Both the position numbers and the translations under genes were made by a program. Positions 1-17,753 of a stretch of DNA of 64,000 nucleotides are shown here, piece after piece. Source of the DNA: the human T2T-CHM13v2.0 reference genome, Homo sapiens; assembly GCF_009914755.1 (NCBI RefSeq), contig NC_060935.1. One strand, given 5' to 3'. Position 1 is the first letter of the stretch; the number at the start of each line of letters is the position of its first letter. The notes beneath the pieces were generated by a model. The model worked only from the letters and a program-made list of their open reading frames with translations, ran no database searches and had not been told where the DNA came from.

Positions 1-984
1 AAGAAATAAAGGAAAAGATGCAAAACAGATACTAGTGAACAGAAAGACTAGTCAGGAAAAGCCAGATGGCTCTGTTCAAGAATGCAGGATTGCAAAATCC
101 AGACTGCTGGAAAAAGCAGGTAGTGATATGACAGCTGGTCTTATCCCCTCTTACTTGGGCTCCAGGAAGCAGGTACACTGTCCTATGCACCACTGCAGTG
201 CAGCACCTAGGAGAGTGCTTGGTGCATGGCGGCGGGGGGGAGCCTTCAATAAGCTTTTGTTGAAGGAAGGAATGAAAGAAAGAAAGAAAGAAAGAGTGAA
301 TGAATGAACCAGTTAACAGTGCAGGACTTCCAAGCATGGCTTCCAGGCCTGGCTCTGACAGTGCTCATTGTGAGATCTTTAGTAAATCACATTCTATCCC
401 TGGTCCTCAGTGTTCCCATCAGTAGTACTAGGAGTTAAACTAGATCTCTACTTTTCTAGAACTTTCTAGGGTTTGGTGACTATGTACTCTGGCCTAGAAG
501 GGAAGCAAATGTCTCTGAGCCTTCCACTAAACCAAATCCTTGCATTCAAACCGGGATCCCTTAGGAAAAACCTATGGGCACTGACTCAGAGCCTATTAGT
601 TCTTCCCTAACACAGTGATTTTATACATATATCTCATTCTGGTTATCTGCTTCCCCAGCCCGTAGTGGCTTGGAAGTAGCCAACTAATAAAAGCATGAAG
701 ACAATGCTGGAGCCAGGCCCACAGAGAGTAGTGAGCAGTAACTACTTACAGCAAACAATAAGGAAACACAGATGGGGACTCACATTGTGTGAGCCTGACA
801 AGTGCCAGGTTCGGAATTTGCCCCGTTAGGCTATTTTCTCAAGTAATTCTAATGATGTGAGGATATAGCACTCCTAGTTTTCAGTTGAAATTCATGTTCA
901 GAGGGGTTAAGCATTTAAGCCAATGGACATAAACTGGTCAGTGGAGAATTCATAGCATAGCACTAAATAATGCAGGCACTAGAG

Positions 985-1140
985 CAGAGCTGCTCAATGC
1001 TGGCTATCATTTGAAGCCACCTAAAGAAGTTATTTTTTAAAGTCCCAATGCCTAAGTACCATCTCTAGATATTCTAAATTCATCCCCAGTAGAGTCTAGA
1101 CATCAGTATTTTTGGAAAGTTCCCCAGGTGATTCTAACCT
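985..1140. mobile_element. MER5-like hAT-Charlie remnant
   Basis: Contains ...catcagtattttt...ttccccaggtgattctaa motif typical of MER5. Confidence 0.5.
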
Positions 1141-1174
1141 ACAAAAATGAACCTGCCTTCTGTGAGAATTCAGG

Positions 1175-1370
1175 CACTCATGAGCTGAGTCACTTTGAAC
1201 AAATTACTTAATGATTTTGAACCACAGTTTCTTCAACTGTAAAATGATGATAGATGATGGCTTCAACCTGATAAGGATGTTGTTAGGATTATACGCAATA
1301 CTCATGTGTCATGCTCAACAAAGTGTCTGGCATACAGGAAATGCTTAATAATTGTTAATTGTTATTAATA
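1175..1370 (+). mobile_element. MIR SINE
   Basis: Core cagtttcttcaactgtaaaatga and 3' gtctggcatacaggaaatgcttaata. Confidence 0.6.
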
Positions 1371-2815
1371 CTAGGAACAGTCTTTCCATAATCAAAATGA
1401 AGACTCAGAATCAATAAGAAAAATATTTAATCGTTGAAGTATTAAGAAGATGGAAATAAATCACATCATCACTAAGTTGCAAGGTACCTGGAATCATCTA
1501 CTTTTATCTACCCTCTCTCCCATTGAGCAGTTTGAGCCTTAAGTCAATCAGATAACACAGAGTTGGATTTCGATTCATATTGGAGATGTGTCCCCCAAAA
1601 TAGTTAGAATGAATAATAAGTTGTTATTTCATGTGATAGGTCACATTTGACCAGAAAATTCCTGTGGGCATTCTATTCCACCCTCTCTTCACCAGTGTAA
1701 GATAGATTAGTCTGTTTCTGGATTCACTCAGAGATACTTAGCACAGAATAAAAGCAGAGGCAGTTTCTTCTGCTATTGTGAGTTTCAGGTAATAGACCAT
1801 CCCATTTTTCCTCCTCTGTTCTGAGGAGTCAGAGGAAAGGTAAGACTCATCTGCCCTGGAGGTAGCTGGCAGTTGATTCAGTGCCAGTATGTGAAATATT
1901 TCAGATCAGCCCCACCCATGCTGGCACTTTAAAAAAAAAATCACTGCTTTCCCATTGATCCTGATTTGTACACAGCTATTTCTATGTAAGTTGTGTCTCC
2001 AGAAACAATTTTGCACTAGTCGAAATGAATATAACCTTGATGACTTGTGAACTGAGTAAGAACATGGGCAATGGCTCTAAAAGCAAATCAAGTGTACTCT
2101 GCCTTTTTTTGCAGACAAAAACAGTGACTCATGAGCAAAATGAACATTGGCTTCAACTATGTGCAGGAGAGAAAACTACCTGTGGAAAGGGAAGGTGGGC
2201 GGGGAGGATGTGACAAAGAAAATTACAATATAAACAGCAACATCCCCGCCTTAGACATGCATCACAATTTTAAAGTTTAAAATTTAACTTCATGTCAATT
2301 ACCTCCCCCCACCACCGCCTGGAAAAGACACCAATATGGAGATTCTTTAGAATTTTCATTCACCAACTGTGCAAAAATGTATATGTTCTGGTCTTTCCAG
2401 TGTTTGTACAATAAAAGAGCACTTCCCAAAATAAACCATGAAATGTTTGCATACATTTTGGACTACTGTGCAATACTAAAAACAAAGTGGACTCCTTGTA
2501 GCATATTTTTCATATTCATCAGTATGTGCATATAAAAAAACTAAGAGTCAAGTCTCATTATAGGGATAGTGGGACAGAACATTTGAAATTAAGATCTTCC
2601 TAGAAAATCTGGCCTATACTGATTCCATGATGACATCCTAAAACATTTTATTTTGGTAAGGAAAAGGAAAGTGTCAAGCATGTTATTTTCTGCAATCCTC
2701 TAAGAAGCCTCATCCATTTTACAGATGAGGAAATTGCTCAAGGTCACATACCTAAATAGATGGCCAAGCAGGGATTAAATTCAGGTTGGTTTCATTCCAA
2801 AGCCTGGGTTCATTC

Positions 2816-3005
2816 TTTTTTTTTTTAATACCCTAAGTTCTAGGGTACATGTGCACAATGTGCATGTTTGAAACATAGATATACATGTGCCATGATGGTT
2901 TGCTGCAACCATCAACTCATCATTTACATTAGGTATTTCTCCTAATGCTATTCCTCCCCCAGCCCCGCACCCCCCAACAGGCCCCAATGTGTGATGTTCC
3001 CCGCC
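2816..3005 (-). mobile_element. L1PA (about PA6-7) 3' end fragment inside a MIR
   Basis: Poly-T then antisense L1 3'UTR (aagttctagggtacatgtgcacaatgtgc...). Confidence 0.8.
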
Positions 3006-3614
3006 CTTTCTCTACCGCACTGAGAATAGACCTAATGTGGAAATGAGGAATGACAGGGTTGTTCCTGCCTAGAATTTGGCGAAGGGGCAGCCTATTTGGC
3101 ATGCCGCTGATAATCCTCTCTTGCCTGTGGAGTACTTTCTTTCCCTTGTCTCTGGATATAGTGGCTTCCAGAAAGAAGGGCCAAGGGAAGACATTTATTT
3201 GGATCACACCCATAATTACTCTGACCATTATTCTAAGCTTTACCTGTTAAGATCTGCTTCCCGTCATATCATGGATCCAAACCGGACTCCCACATTACTA
3301 CTCACCACAGATAATCATTGGCTAAAAGAGTACAGTCAGCTGGCGGAAGAATCCAAACATTGGTTCTCAGGTGACTTAATTGAAAAGGAGAATCTCTCCT
3401 TATCATATTGTCCTTGTTCAGTTGTCTACTGCTCCCATTAGATTATATGTTTCCTAAGTGTGGAAACCCCATTTTATCATGTTTATCTTTATGTTCCAAA
3501 TGCCTAGCTCAGTAAGTATCTGACACCTAGGACATAATTCAAAATAAATAATGAATGTGTGAATAAATACACAATTGTAAGATTAAGTAGGTCATATGCA
3601 ATTTAAAAAATCTT

Positions 3615-4430
3615 TTATCATTTTATTTTATTTTTATTTATAATCGACACATAGTAATTGTATGTATTTATGAGCTACACTATGATGTTTCAATACATAT
3701 GTACGTTGTGTAATGATCAAGTCAAGGTTATTAGGATCTTCATCACTTTAAACATTTATCGTTTCTTTGTTGTAACATTCAATATCCTCTCTTCTAGCTA
3801 TCTTGAAATATATAATACCTGATTGTTAGCTACAGTCACCCTACTGCAGTGGTCCTCAATCTTTCTGGCACCAGGGACTGGTTTCATGGAAGACAATTTT
3901 CCCATGGACCAGTGGGTGGGGTGTGGTTTCAGGAGATTCAAGCACATTACATTTATTGTGCACTTTATTTCTATTATTATTACACTGTAATAATGAAATA
4001 ATTATACAATTTACAATAATGTAGAATCAGTGGGAGCTCTGAGCTTGTTTTCCTGCAACTACTGGGTCCCATCTGGGGTGATGGGAGACAGTGACAGATC
4101 ATCAGGCATTAGATTCTCATAAGGAGCATGTAACCTAGATCCCTCACATGTGCAGTTTACAATAGGATTTGTGCTCCTATGAGAATCTAATGCTGCAGCT
4201 GATCTCACAGGAGGCAGAGCTCAGGCTGTAATGAGAATGATGGGGAGTAGCTGTAAACATAGATGAAGCTTACCTTGCTCGCCTGCCACTCACCTTCTGC
4301 TATGCAGCCCAGTTCCTAACAGACCACAGACTGGCACTGATTCGTGGCCCGGGGGCTGGGGACCCTTGCCCTATGTGTAATAGAACACCAAACTCATTTT
4401 TCCGGTCTAGCTGTAACTTTGTACCCATCA
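3615..4430 (-). mobile_element. L1MA-type 3' end fragment interrupted by MER1A
   Basis: T-rich tail, ...ctctcttctagctat...tagctacagtcaccctactg; resumes gtgtaatagaacacca after the insertion. Confidence 0.6.
3847..4368 (-). mobile_element. MER1A hAT-Charlie DNA transposon
   Basis: Degenerate TIRs cagtggtcctcaa ... ctggggacccttg; 522 bp; internal cattagattctcataaggagc motif. Confidence 0.8.
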
Positions 4431-4474
4431 TATGCAATTTGATGGAAGAAACACAGAGCACTGATGGGGCCCTT

Positions 4475-4543
4475 GAAGGGGGGACAGAAATTGTTAAGTA
4501 TAGTTTGTGACATGTAGAGGCTTGAGTGTCATGAAATATCCAA

Positions 4544-4583
<40 letters not shown>

Positions 4584-4712
4584 ATATATATATCACATAT
4601 ATATCACATATATATCATATATATCACATATATATCATATATATATGATATTTCATGATACTCAAGCTCAATGTGTCACAAACTACACTTAACAATTTCT
4701 GTCCCCCCCTTC
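4475..4712. repeat. ~66-bp inverted repeat around a (CA)n/(TA)n microsatellite
   Basis: 4475-4540 is the reverse complement of 4647-4712 with a few mismatches. Confidence 0.9.
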
Positions 4713-4957
4713 TGGGTGGGGGGTAGAGAGAGAGAGAGAGATCTAAATATATATATATTTGGAAAGTCCCCATTCAGGCATAAGATTCAGGATAGAGAGT
4801 CAGGCTGGAGGATTGCAAGGTTAGGGAGTGTTAACTGGGGATGCGATGGGGGTTGCTAAGAAACAACTGCAAAGAAGACTATGGAAAGACAATGCTAATG
4901 CTTACAGGTTTTCAAATAAAGAGCCATCCCCTTCTACTATAGATGTATGATATCCAG

Positions 4958-5255
4958 ACCAGCATTCTCCAACAGAAATATAATGCACCATATTAAAATG
5001 ACATATGCATTTTAAATTTTTCAATAGTCATATTTAAAAGGTAAGTTTATTACTCCATATATATTCAAAACAGTATTATTTCAACATGTAATCAATGTAA
5101 AAGTTATTGATGAAATATTTTACATTCCTTTTTTCATACTGAATCTTCAAAATCCAGTAGGTATTTTATACTTACAGCTTGTCTTTATTCGGTCGCTTTT
5201 CAAGTGCTCAATAGCCACATGTGCTAATGGCTATTGCATTGGACAGAGCAGACTA
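4958..5255. mobile_element. MER33/MER3-like hAT element
   Basis: cagcattctccaacagaa ... caagtgctcaatagccacatgtg...ttggacagagcag. Confidence 0.7.
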
Positions 5256-6162
5256 GAACATGTATAGACTGCTTGCTAAGCTATGTGAAATATGCAATAA
5301 AAACTATACTGCTGCTCATTCTTCTGTAAATGATTAACATAAAGGAGGAAAAACTGAATATGCCAACATTTTACATACGTCATCTCATAACTCCCCAGAC
5401 CACCCACGGAGGTAAATGTCCTTATGTTATTTACCGGAGATAGAACTGAGCCTCAAAGAGGTTGGGTGATTTGCCGAAACGATGCAGCAGTATTTATACA
5501 TCCAGCATAGGTAACTAGGTTGATATGCCTCCAAATTCTTTGCTCTATTAAAATTTCAGACTTTCTATGATTAAAAAAGAAAAAAAAACACAAAAACCTA
5601 ATCAGAGGTGACTCAAGATTGGCATGTGCTAAAATCTTTTTATTCTCATTTATTTTTGTATGACAGCATTGAAGCCGGGACATGCAAGGATCTGAGCCAA
5701 GACCCCCAGGGAGATCACTTCAGATCCATGATTCTTTGAAACACTCATTGAAGTAAGATACCTGGGGCTGCATCTTTTTCCCCAGAACTAATTAAAGTCT
5801 CGGAGCTAAGTCTTCTTTATATGTAAAATAGAAAAAATACTCTCTGCCCCAGCTACCTTCAGATTTATTTTAATGAAGATCAGATAAGACAAGGATGGGA
5901 AAACATTTCTTTTCAACCAGCTTTTACGATTTTCCTTACCAAGACTTTTAGCCTAAAGTTGTGTTTCTGGATCAGAGAATTATTTCTTTGTAAGCTATGA
6001 GCGCCTCTGTCCGATGAGTCATGCTGTGGCTCAGCAGTGGAGGCAAGCTAGAGAAACTCAAATATCTTATTTTGACTTTGGGGATGCATGCAGAAAACTC
6101 TGACAGTGAAGGGTATTTCAGGAAAGAATTATTTCAAATAACGAGCCCGCTCTTCTCCTCAG

Positions 6163-6288
6163 GGCCTGTCAGCAGACCGGTGGAATTACTGGCACTTTGA
6201 ACAACACGTAAAGCCGAACATCTACCCCAAAGACCCAGATATTGACACGGACCCACTTTTTCTCCTTGGAGATTCACAACCTGTCAAG
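6163..6288 (+). pseudogene. FADS2B: FADS2B exon (FADS2 exon 5 equivalent, His-box 2)
   Basis: ctcctcAG|GGC...AAG|GTac; 126 nt; GLSADRWNYWHFEQHVKPNIYPKDPDIDTDPLFLLGDSQPVK. Confidence 0.93.
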
Positions 6289-6971
6289 GTACACTTAGAA
6301 ATCTTGAGCACCGAGGAAATGTTCCTGGAAGTGGTTCGTGGAAAGGCTTACAGCCTTGCCTTGGAAAGATCAAGCTGGAAATTCTGGCTTCACACACAAT
6401 CTGAGAACATCTCTCCTTCTTTTAGGTTCAAAATACAGATTTGAAATAACTGAATCTGGGGCTGTAAGAATACAAGGCGATTTAGAGCCGTAACCATTAA
6501 GTCTATGACCTTACAGATCATCCAGTCCAACCTCCCACGGCAGGAAATATGGAAATCCACATTACTCTGAGCAATCCCAGTGACAGATGGGTCCCTGCCC
6601 AGTGCCTGTCATTTCCTCTGAGGCAATACAAGCCAATGTTAGATCGTGGAACCAGATGACTGAAGTTGCAATGACTGTCTGAGGTTTAAACAGGGCATGG
6701 AGAAACATTCACTGAGAGAATATAGGTCAATATATTCAATAAGCACTAGGTCACATACGTTCACATAGCTAGTTATCTCAACTAATTCTAGCCCAGTTAG
6801 AAAAGACTATGCTGTTATATTTAGTTCATGTTCATTTTGGTGCATTTACACATGAACTACAGCCCAAATGCCATGGAAGAGATCTAGAGGTCTCACCTCT
6901 AATTTGAGCTTCTTAAACAACAGAAAAAAGGAGGGGGAAAACCATCTTCAGAATTTCTCAGTTAATTATTA

Positions 6972-9261
<2,290 letters not shown>

Positions 9262-11313
9262 AAAACTCCAACTTAAAACCATCATGTAAAGGACAATGTC
9301 AATTACCGAGATTTTTAGGAGGGAGTATTTCTTAAGCATAGGAGATATACGGATAACCAAAGAAAAGTGCCTCCCCTCAAATGAAGTACCTGAGAGTCAG
9401 GTACTTGGGAAGAGTTTGCTATCTCCTAGAAAAACTAGGAGTTTTATAAAAATAAAACGATATAGCCTTCTCAGTTGTTGCCTGTCTGGTACATTAACCA
9501 AAAATTGTGCAACTTTTTGAAAGTAGTTTTTTTCATCTTTGGGAGACTCACCCTTTTCCCTAGCTGAAATAGAAAACAAGGTCTCTTGCTTTGAAAAAAT
9601 TCTTGGTGCTGTGATCACAAATCAGTTGCTTTTGACAATGATTCCACAAACACATTGGACTTCCCTGATGTTTGTGGGTTTCTATGATCATCATTAGAAT
9701 TCTGAAGTATTGATTTCTCCAATTGTCCCCTCATATCTCCCCTTCCCCCTAGAGAGCAAGGGAGTTTGTCTCAGGGAAGTTCATGAAGCAGCTTGAGTTC
9801 AGACATGCCTTCTATAGAGCTATTTTCAGCACACATGCTACCTCTTCACAAACAATAGAGGCTACCTCTCCAAGTTCTGAAGCTGCTCCTGGGACATCCC
9901 TAAAACCTTAGAGTTCTATATAACATAATTTCAAAGCCACTGCAGAAGACATTACTTACAATTATTTATTTAAACTCTAAAATTCAGTAGTTTCACATCA
10001 AAAACATTTCTAATCAGCCCTGGGCTTTTCCTTTCTTCCTTCTTTACTGTCTGCCTTTCTAATACTTTATTCAAATGTTAAGTTTCTTCAGCAAGCATTT
10101 ATATTCTTCTATGTCCTGTGCTTATATCCTGGAAGACCGAATCCTCCTTTAAGGTGATACTCAAAATCTGTCCATTACTGTTTGTCCACTCCCACGCATT
10201 TCCAACTAGTCTCTTTACCATGTTTCCTGTTCCTAAAATATTTAAAGGTTTAGGAATAACTGCAAATAGCTATTATTACTTTATCACTATGATTTTTTTG
10301 TAATTTTTGACAATAAGAGAAGGAAGGACCAACTATACAATCCAAATACAAGAAGAAATCTATACATAGGAGGAAAGATATCAAAGGAAAGGAGAAAGCA
10401 AGAGTCAAACACTGCCCAGAGTTGTAACTGAAGGGCAAAAATACAGAGTGAGTATGAATTATCATTCATTCGTTAATTCCTTCAATAAACATTTATTGAG
10501 TGTCTGCCAGATACTAGAGATATAATCATTACTTCTATCCTCCTTTCAAAGCATTTGCTTTGTGCCCTGAATATATGCCAGATTAACTAAGGAGACTCCT
10601 AGAAAATGAATCACATTTTCAGTAGTGAATGTAATATTATAATTATATTATTATACTGTAATTATATAATGTATAATAGATATTATATGTGCTGTCATCA
10701 TGTGCTAAAATAATAAATGATAGTGTGATTTCCATGATGAGAACACAAAGAAGAAAGATGAGACAGACAGGAGAGGCCACAACTATATCTTCTATCATAT
10801 TACCATTTAGTATCTTTCGGATGAATGAATTTAAAAGAAAATTCTTGACTGTGATGAATGAATCATACATCTGTTGGATGAATGAATGAATATGGAGCAG
10901 AATCCTAAATGCCATAGTTGAAGAAGCACAAGAAAAACTCTGAAATGTCCCATTTCAGTGACCATTCCACCTCACATAAAAAGAAAAAAATTCAAAATGA
11001 TTCCCATAAGAACAAAAAAATGATCACAATTCCTACAGTCAAATGGAATATTCCATTTGTGCCAGAATTACCCACATATAATTGAAGCAAAAAGTTGCCA
11101 CAATATTTCCTCCCATCCTGGTTCTGGTTCTTCTAGTTCCTCAGACTTGAAAGCCGATGAACAGTGATCAGATGGCTCTTCCCATAAAGATTTTAGACAT
11201 ACACACATGCATGTGCACACACACACATACACACACACACATACACATGCATCCTCGAGTGTGATGACCAGAAGTATGGTCTCTTATTTTAGTTTTATTA
11301 TCTCTCTATTCAG

Positions 11314-11374
11314 TACGGCAAGAAGAAAATCAAATACATCAACTATGAAAAGCAGCACCTGTACTTCTACAAAG
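11314..11374 (+). pseudogene. FADS2B: FADS2B exon (exon 6 equivalent)
   Basis: attcAG|TAC...AAAG|GTgagt; 61 nt; YGKKKIKYINYEKQHLYFYK. Confidence 0.93.
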
Positions 11375-12107
11375 GTGAGTCTCCCAGAGCCACATTCCTT
11401 GTATCCCATTTACTTGAAGCAAATACTTGTCAAGGGAGAAGGCCGATTGGAATGCTCTCACAGAGACCAGCCCATGTCCTATTGCTACTGAGCAAAGCAG
11501 AATGTCTTATTTATACTCACTGGGGTGGAAATCGGCAAAGGGAAATGGAAAAGTAAACAGCCTTTTTAAAGGGCACCTCATCATTCTAAGAGTTGGATGG
11601 GGAAGGAAGGAGATACCCAACGAGGGAGGGAAGGCAGGCTGCCAGTCAAGGGGCCTGCATCTAGGACTGTCATTCTGGAAAGACCAAACATCTATCAAGA
11701 GAAAAGAATAATGGTGTTTGTGTAGGAAGGAAGTAGACATAGGGAAATAAATCTGAAGCATTTGCAGTGTGACACCGGAAATGGAGAGGCCGGGAAATAA
11801 AGGGCATCTGCAGTGCTCTTGTGTGGAAGAAAGCTGTCTGCTCCCATGACCTGCATACAGCTGTGGGAAGGCATGAGACATATATATCTGAGTGTGGGCA
11901 TGTGGGTCAAGTGTGAAGGAAAATAAAGGTAGCTGAGTAAATCTGATACCAGTAAAAGAACATCATAAGCAAAGAGCCTTTGCTCTTAACCAATATCAAA
12001 CTCATAGCAGCTCACAAAAAAAAGAAACCCCCAAATCTGCCCAACTAAAACATACATCTGGGGGTTAAACCAAAATCAGGGAAGGAACCAAACATTTCCT
12101 GTAATCC

Positions 12108-12316
12108 AGTTGTTCTCAACCCGAGCAATTTTGCCTCCCAGAGGCAGTCTAAAGACATTTTTTTTGGTTATCGCAACAGAGGAAGAGGGAACGTATTGGC
12201 AGTCAGTGGATAGAAGCCAGGGATGCTGCTAAACATTCCGCGATGCAAAGGACAGCCCCTTATAAAAATAATCATCTCACCCAAATTGCCAGCAGTGCTG
12301 GGGTTGAGAAACACCG
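12108..12316. mobile_element. MER20 hAT element
   Basis: cagttgttctcaacc ... gccagggatgctgctaaacat ... ggttgagaaacaccg. Confidence 0.8.
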
Positions 12317-12527
12317 TTGCAGATGATCTGATTTGCCCACGTGTAGGCCACACACCTATCATGCCAGAGGAGGACAGCAGGGGGCAAATTTTTTGAAGTG
12401 TGAGATTGACCATCACTGCTGGCTCCTCCACAGTTGGAATTCAGCCTCCCCGATCCTGCACTCTCACCTGCCCCGCTTCTCTTGCATAACCTGAAAGAGG
12501 AATGAGGACATTGGTGCCCCATTTTTA

Positions 12528-12754
12528 TTTATTTTTATTTATTTATTTTTTAATTATTATTATTATACTTGAAGTTTTAGGGTATATGTGCACAACGTGC
12601 AGGTTTGTTACATATGTATACATGTGCCATGTGCTGCACCCATTAACTCGTCATTTAGCATTAGGTATCTCTCCTAATGTTATCCCTCCCCCCTACCCCC
12701 ACCCCACAACAGTCCCCGGTGTGTGATGTTCCTCTTCCTGCGTCCATGTGTTCT
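12528..12754 (-). mobile_element. L1PA (about PA4) 3' end fragment
   Basis: Antisense 3'UTR; TSD cattgg(t/c)gccccattttta at 12509-12527 and 12755-12773. Confidence 0.9.
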
Positions 12755-13050
12755 CATTGGCGCCCCATTTTTAAAAGGTAGCCGATTCCCAGCCTAAGTA
12801 GATGTGTGTTTGCATAAGAAAATGCTGTTGGACTTTCTTCTGTGAACTTTCCTGAGAAACATGTGTTTACCTCCCCTGTCTGTAGTGGGGCAATATGCCC
12901 TTCCCTTATGAGAAATGAGGGAATGGTGTGAATTCACTGCAAAATGCCCACCTCACAAACCACACTGCCACCACCAAGAGCTGTTTTATTGTGGCCTTTC
13001 CCGGCAAATGCTAGCTTAACATCTCGGGTGCAAATGAGTCATACTCAAAC

Positions 13051-13784
13051 TGTCAAAAAGAAACAAAACCAGACATTTGTTAAAGGCAGCAAGACAAATT
13101 ATATTCAGGCAATTGCACTAGGGGAGAGAGACTTCACCATAAACTGAGCTTAATTCTCCTGACGCAAAAGTGAGAGAGAGGCTTTTAAATGCTGGAACAT
13201 ACTAAAGGAAAAGTACTGAAAGACACTGGGAGATGGGGTAGGGGGTGGAGGAGTTGGTTGATAAGATTTGTCCAGGCTGTCTGTGTCTGCTAACTGGTAC
13301 TTATCAAAGTTTGGCTCCTATCCTCCCAAATAGACTGACAGATAACAGCCCCAGCCTTCTTGATGGCTAGATTTCAAAGGGATTGTTACCAGGCCCCTGA
13401 GAAATACATTTCTGGAGTATAGAAGCTACATCTCAAAGGAAGACACAAAGGATTTACAATTGTCAGTGTCCTAAAGTAAATGCTCTAAGAAAAAGGGGTG
13501 TCAGGTGCCTATAGTCAGATACTGGCCAGAATAAACAGTAAATTATTTTGGCAGCATTGAGCTTTCTCAGGTAAAAACATCAAGGATGCTGGGATTACCC
13601 CAGAGAGATGGCCTTGAGCTTTGAGAAACTATGCTAGTGTTTGTTCAAGTTTCTTAGTTTGGAGAGTGGATGAAATCATTTGTGCTGAGAGTCTGCAATT
13701 CTCGTAGGCCAAGGTTGAGGCTTAGTCAAGAAGAGGGCTCAGAGGATCCTAACTAAAGTTCGACCAGGGAGACAGCCTTTGTCA
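13051..13784 (-). mobile_element. Solo ERV1 LTR, MER67/MER31-like
   Basis: TG...CA ends; minus strand begins tgacaaaggctgtctccctggtcgaactttagttagg. Confidence 0.65.
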
Positions 13785-14326
13785 AAAGCCAGGGGATGTC
13801 CTTAAGGATCCTCTGTGCCTGGGAAGCCTCAATGATGCTGGGAGAGAGGCAGGTAAATAACTCTGACCAGGAAATGAGTATACCTTCTTTATCACTGACA
13901 CCTCAACACACTGTAATGGGGCTAAATCCCAAAGATCCAGGGAGACTGAAGGACTCCAAGTACCTTGAAAAAACTTGAAAGCTGATAGCAGAAGCTCTTC
14001 AGGGATGCTTTCATCAAAAATGACTCAAATCTCCCAAGCTTTCCTCGCTTCTTTGAGGCAGCTTGAACCTGGAGCTACTAACCAAATTCCTAGCCCAGCC
14101 TTTTAGACTTGAAATGCCCAGTGCAGTCCAGGATGAGGCTGTGGATCTCCACCTTGCATCTTTCCTTGGGGCCAGCATTCCAGGAATGCTGCATTAAGGA
14201 GATAGACTCCTGCTGACTTGCATTGGGGTCACATTTTTTAATTAAATATATTTACTGGATTTATTAAATAAATGTATTAAGTACATTATAAAAATACAAC
14301 ACAGTAATTACAAAACAGATGCTGGA

Positions 14327-16821
<2,495 letters not shown>

Positions 16822-17005
16822 AAAAAAGATGCTGGAAAATATTTAGAGAAATAGGAAGATGGTCATGATATGTTTTCTTTTTAAAGATAGTGTAAAAAAC
16901 AGTACTACAGGTAGCATAATACCAATTTTTAGAACATATATTAATATATCTACATTCAAAATATTTATGGTAATATCTGGGTAGTAAGATTACTGGTGAT
17001 TTTCC

Positions 17006-17342
17006 TTTTTTTTTTTTTTACTTTTATTTTAGTTTCAAGGATACATGTGCAGGTTTGTTATACAGATAAATTGTGTGTCTCGGGAGGCATCACTACTCAC
17101 AATAGCTAAGACATGGAATCAGCCTAAATGCATATCAGTGGTAGACTGCTTAGATAAAATGTGGTACGTATATACCATGGAATACTACACATCCATTCAA
17201 AAGAATAAGATAACGTCCTTTGAAGCAACATGGATGGAGATGGAGGCCATTATCCTAGGTGAACTAACGCAGGAACAGAAAACCAAACACTGCATGTTCT
17301 CACTTCTAAGTGGGAGCTAAACATTAAATACACATGAACACA
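17006..17342 (-). mobile_element. Short older L1P with internal inversion
   Basis: Antisense tail 17006-17084 joined to a sense ORF2-end segment ([12 protein letters not shown]...LLSGS*). Confidence 0.75.
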
Positions 17343-17383
17343 TTTTGTTTATTTATTCAGCATCATTTTTTGTTCTGTTTCAG

Positions 17384-17460
17384 TTTGGCTCCCACTCTTC
17401 ATGCCAGTATATCTCAAACTGCCATCCATGCAAGCGATGTACCTCCAAAGATATTGGGTG
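17384..17460 (+). pseudogene. FADS2B: FADS2B exon (exon 7 equivalent)
   Basis: tttcAG|TT...GTG|GTgagt; 77 nt; (V)WLPLFMPVYLKLPSMQAMYLQRYWV. Confidence 0.9.
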
Positions 17461-17655
17461 GTGAGTAATGTGGCTCATTCTCCGAAACTAGACCAAGTAG
17501 AAGAGGGAAAATGAAAATGCTGTGTCCTCTCCAGATACAGCTTCCTTGAATAACAGGGCATAAGATTTAGCCAGAACATGAAGGGATCCCAGGCCAATGA
17601 AGAGGAAATGAAATCATGTTCAGGGTGTATAACTTTCAAGTGCTTTTCTCTGCAA

Positions 17656-17753
17656 GACATCGCCTGGGTTAGCAGCTTTTACATCTGATATTTCATCACA
17701 TTTGGCCTTTACTATGGAATCTTCGGGACCATGTTGCTCATATATTTGGTCAA
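17656..17753 (+). pseudogene. FADS2B: FADS2B exon (exon 8 equivalent) with mutated acceptor and premature stop
   Basis: Acceptor reads tgcAA|GAC instead of cAG; 98 nt; DIAWVSSFYI*YFITFGLYYGIFGTMLLIYLV(K); TGA at 17686-17688; donor GTaag. Confidence 0.9.

Noticed and set aside
3050-3441. Overlapping 66-121 aa ORFs in non-repeat intronic DNA
   Set aside because: No recognisable homology or splice structure; lengths expected by chance.
1-6162. FADS2B exon 4 equivalent (His-box 1, HDxGH)
   Set aside because: No matching exon found by eye; presumed upstream of the window.
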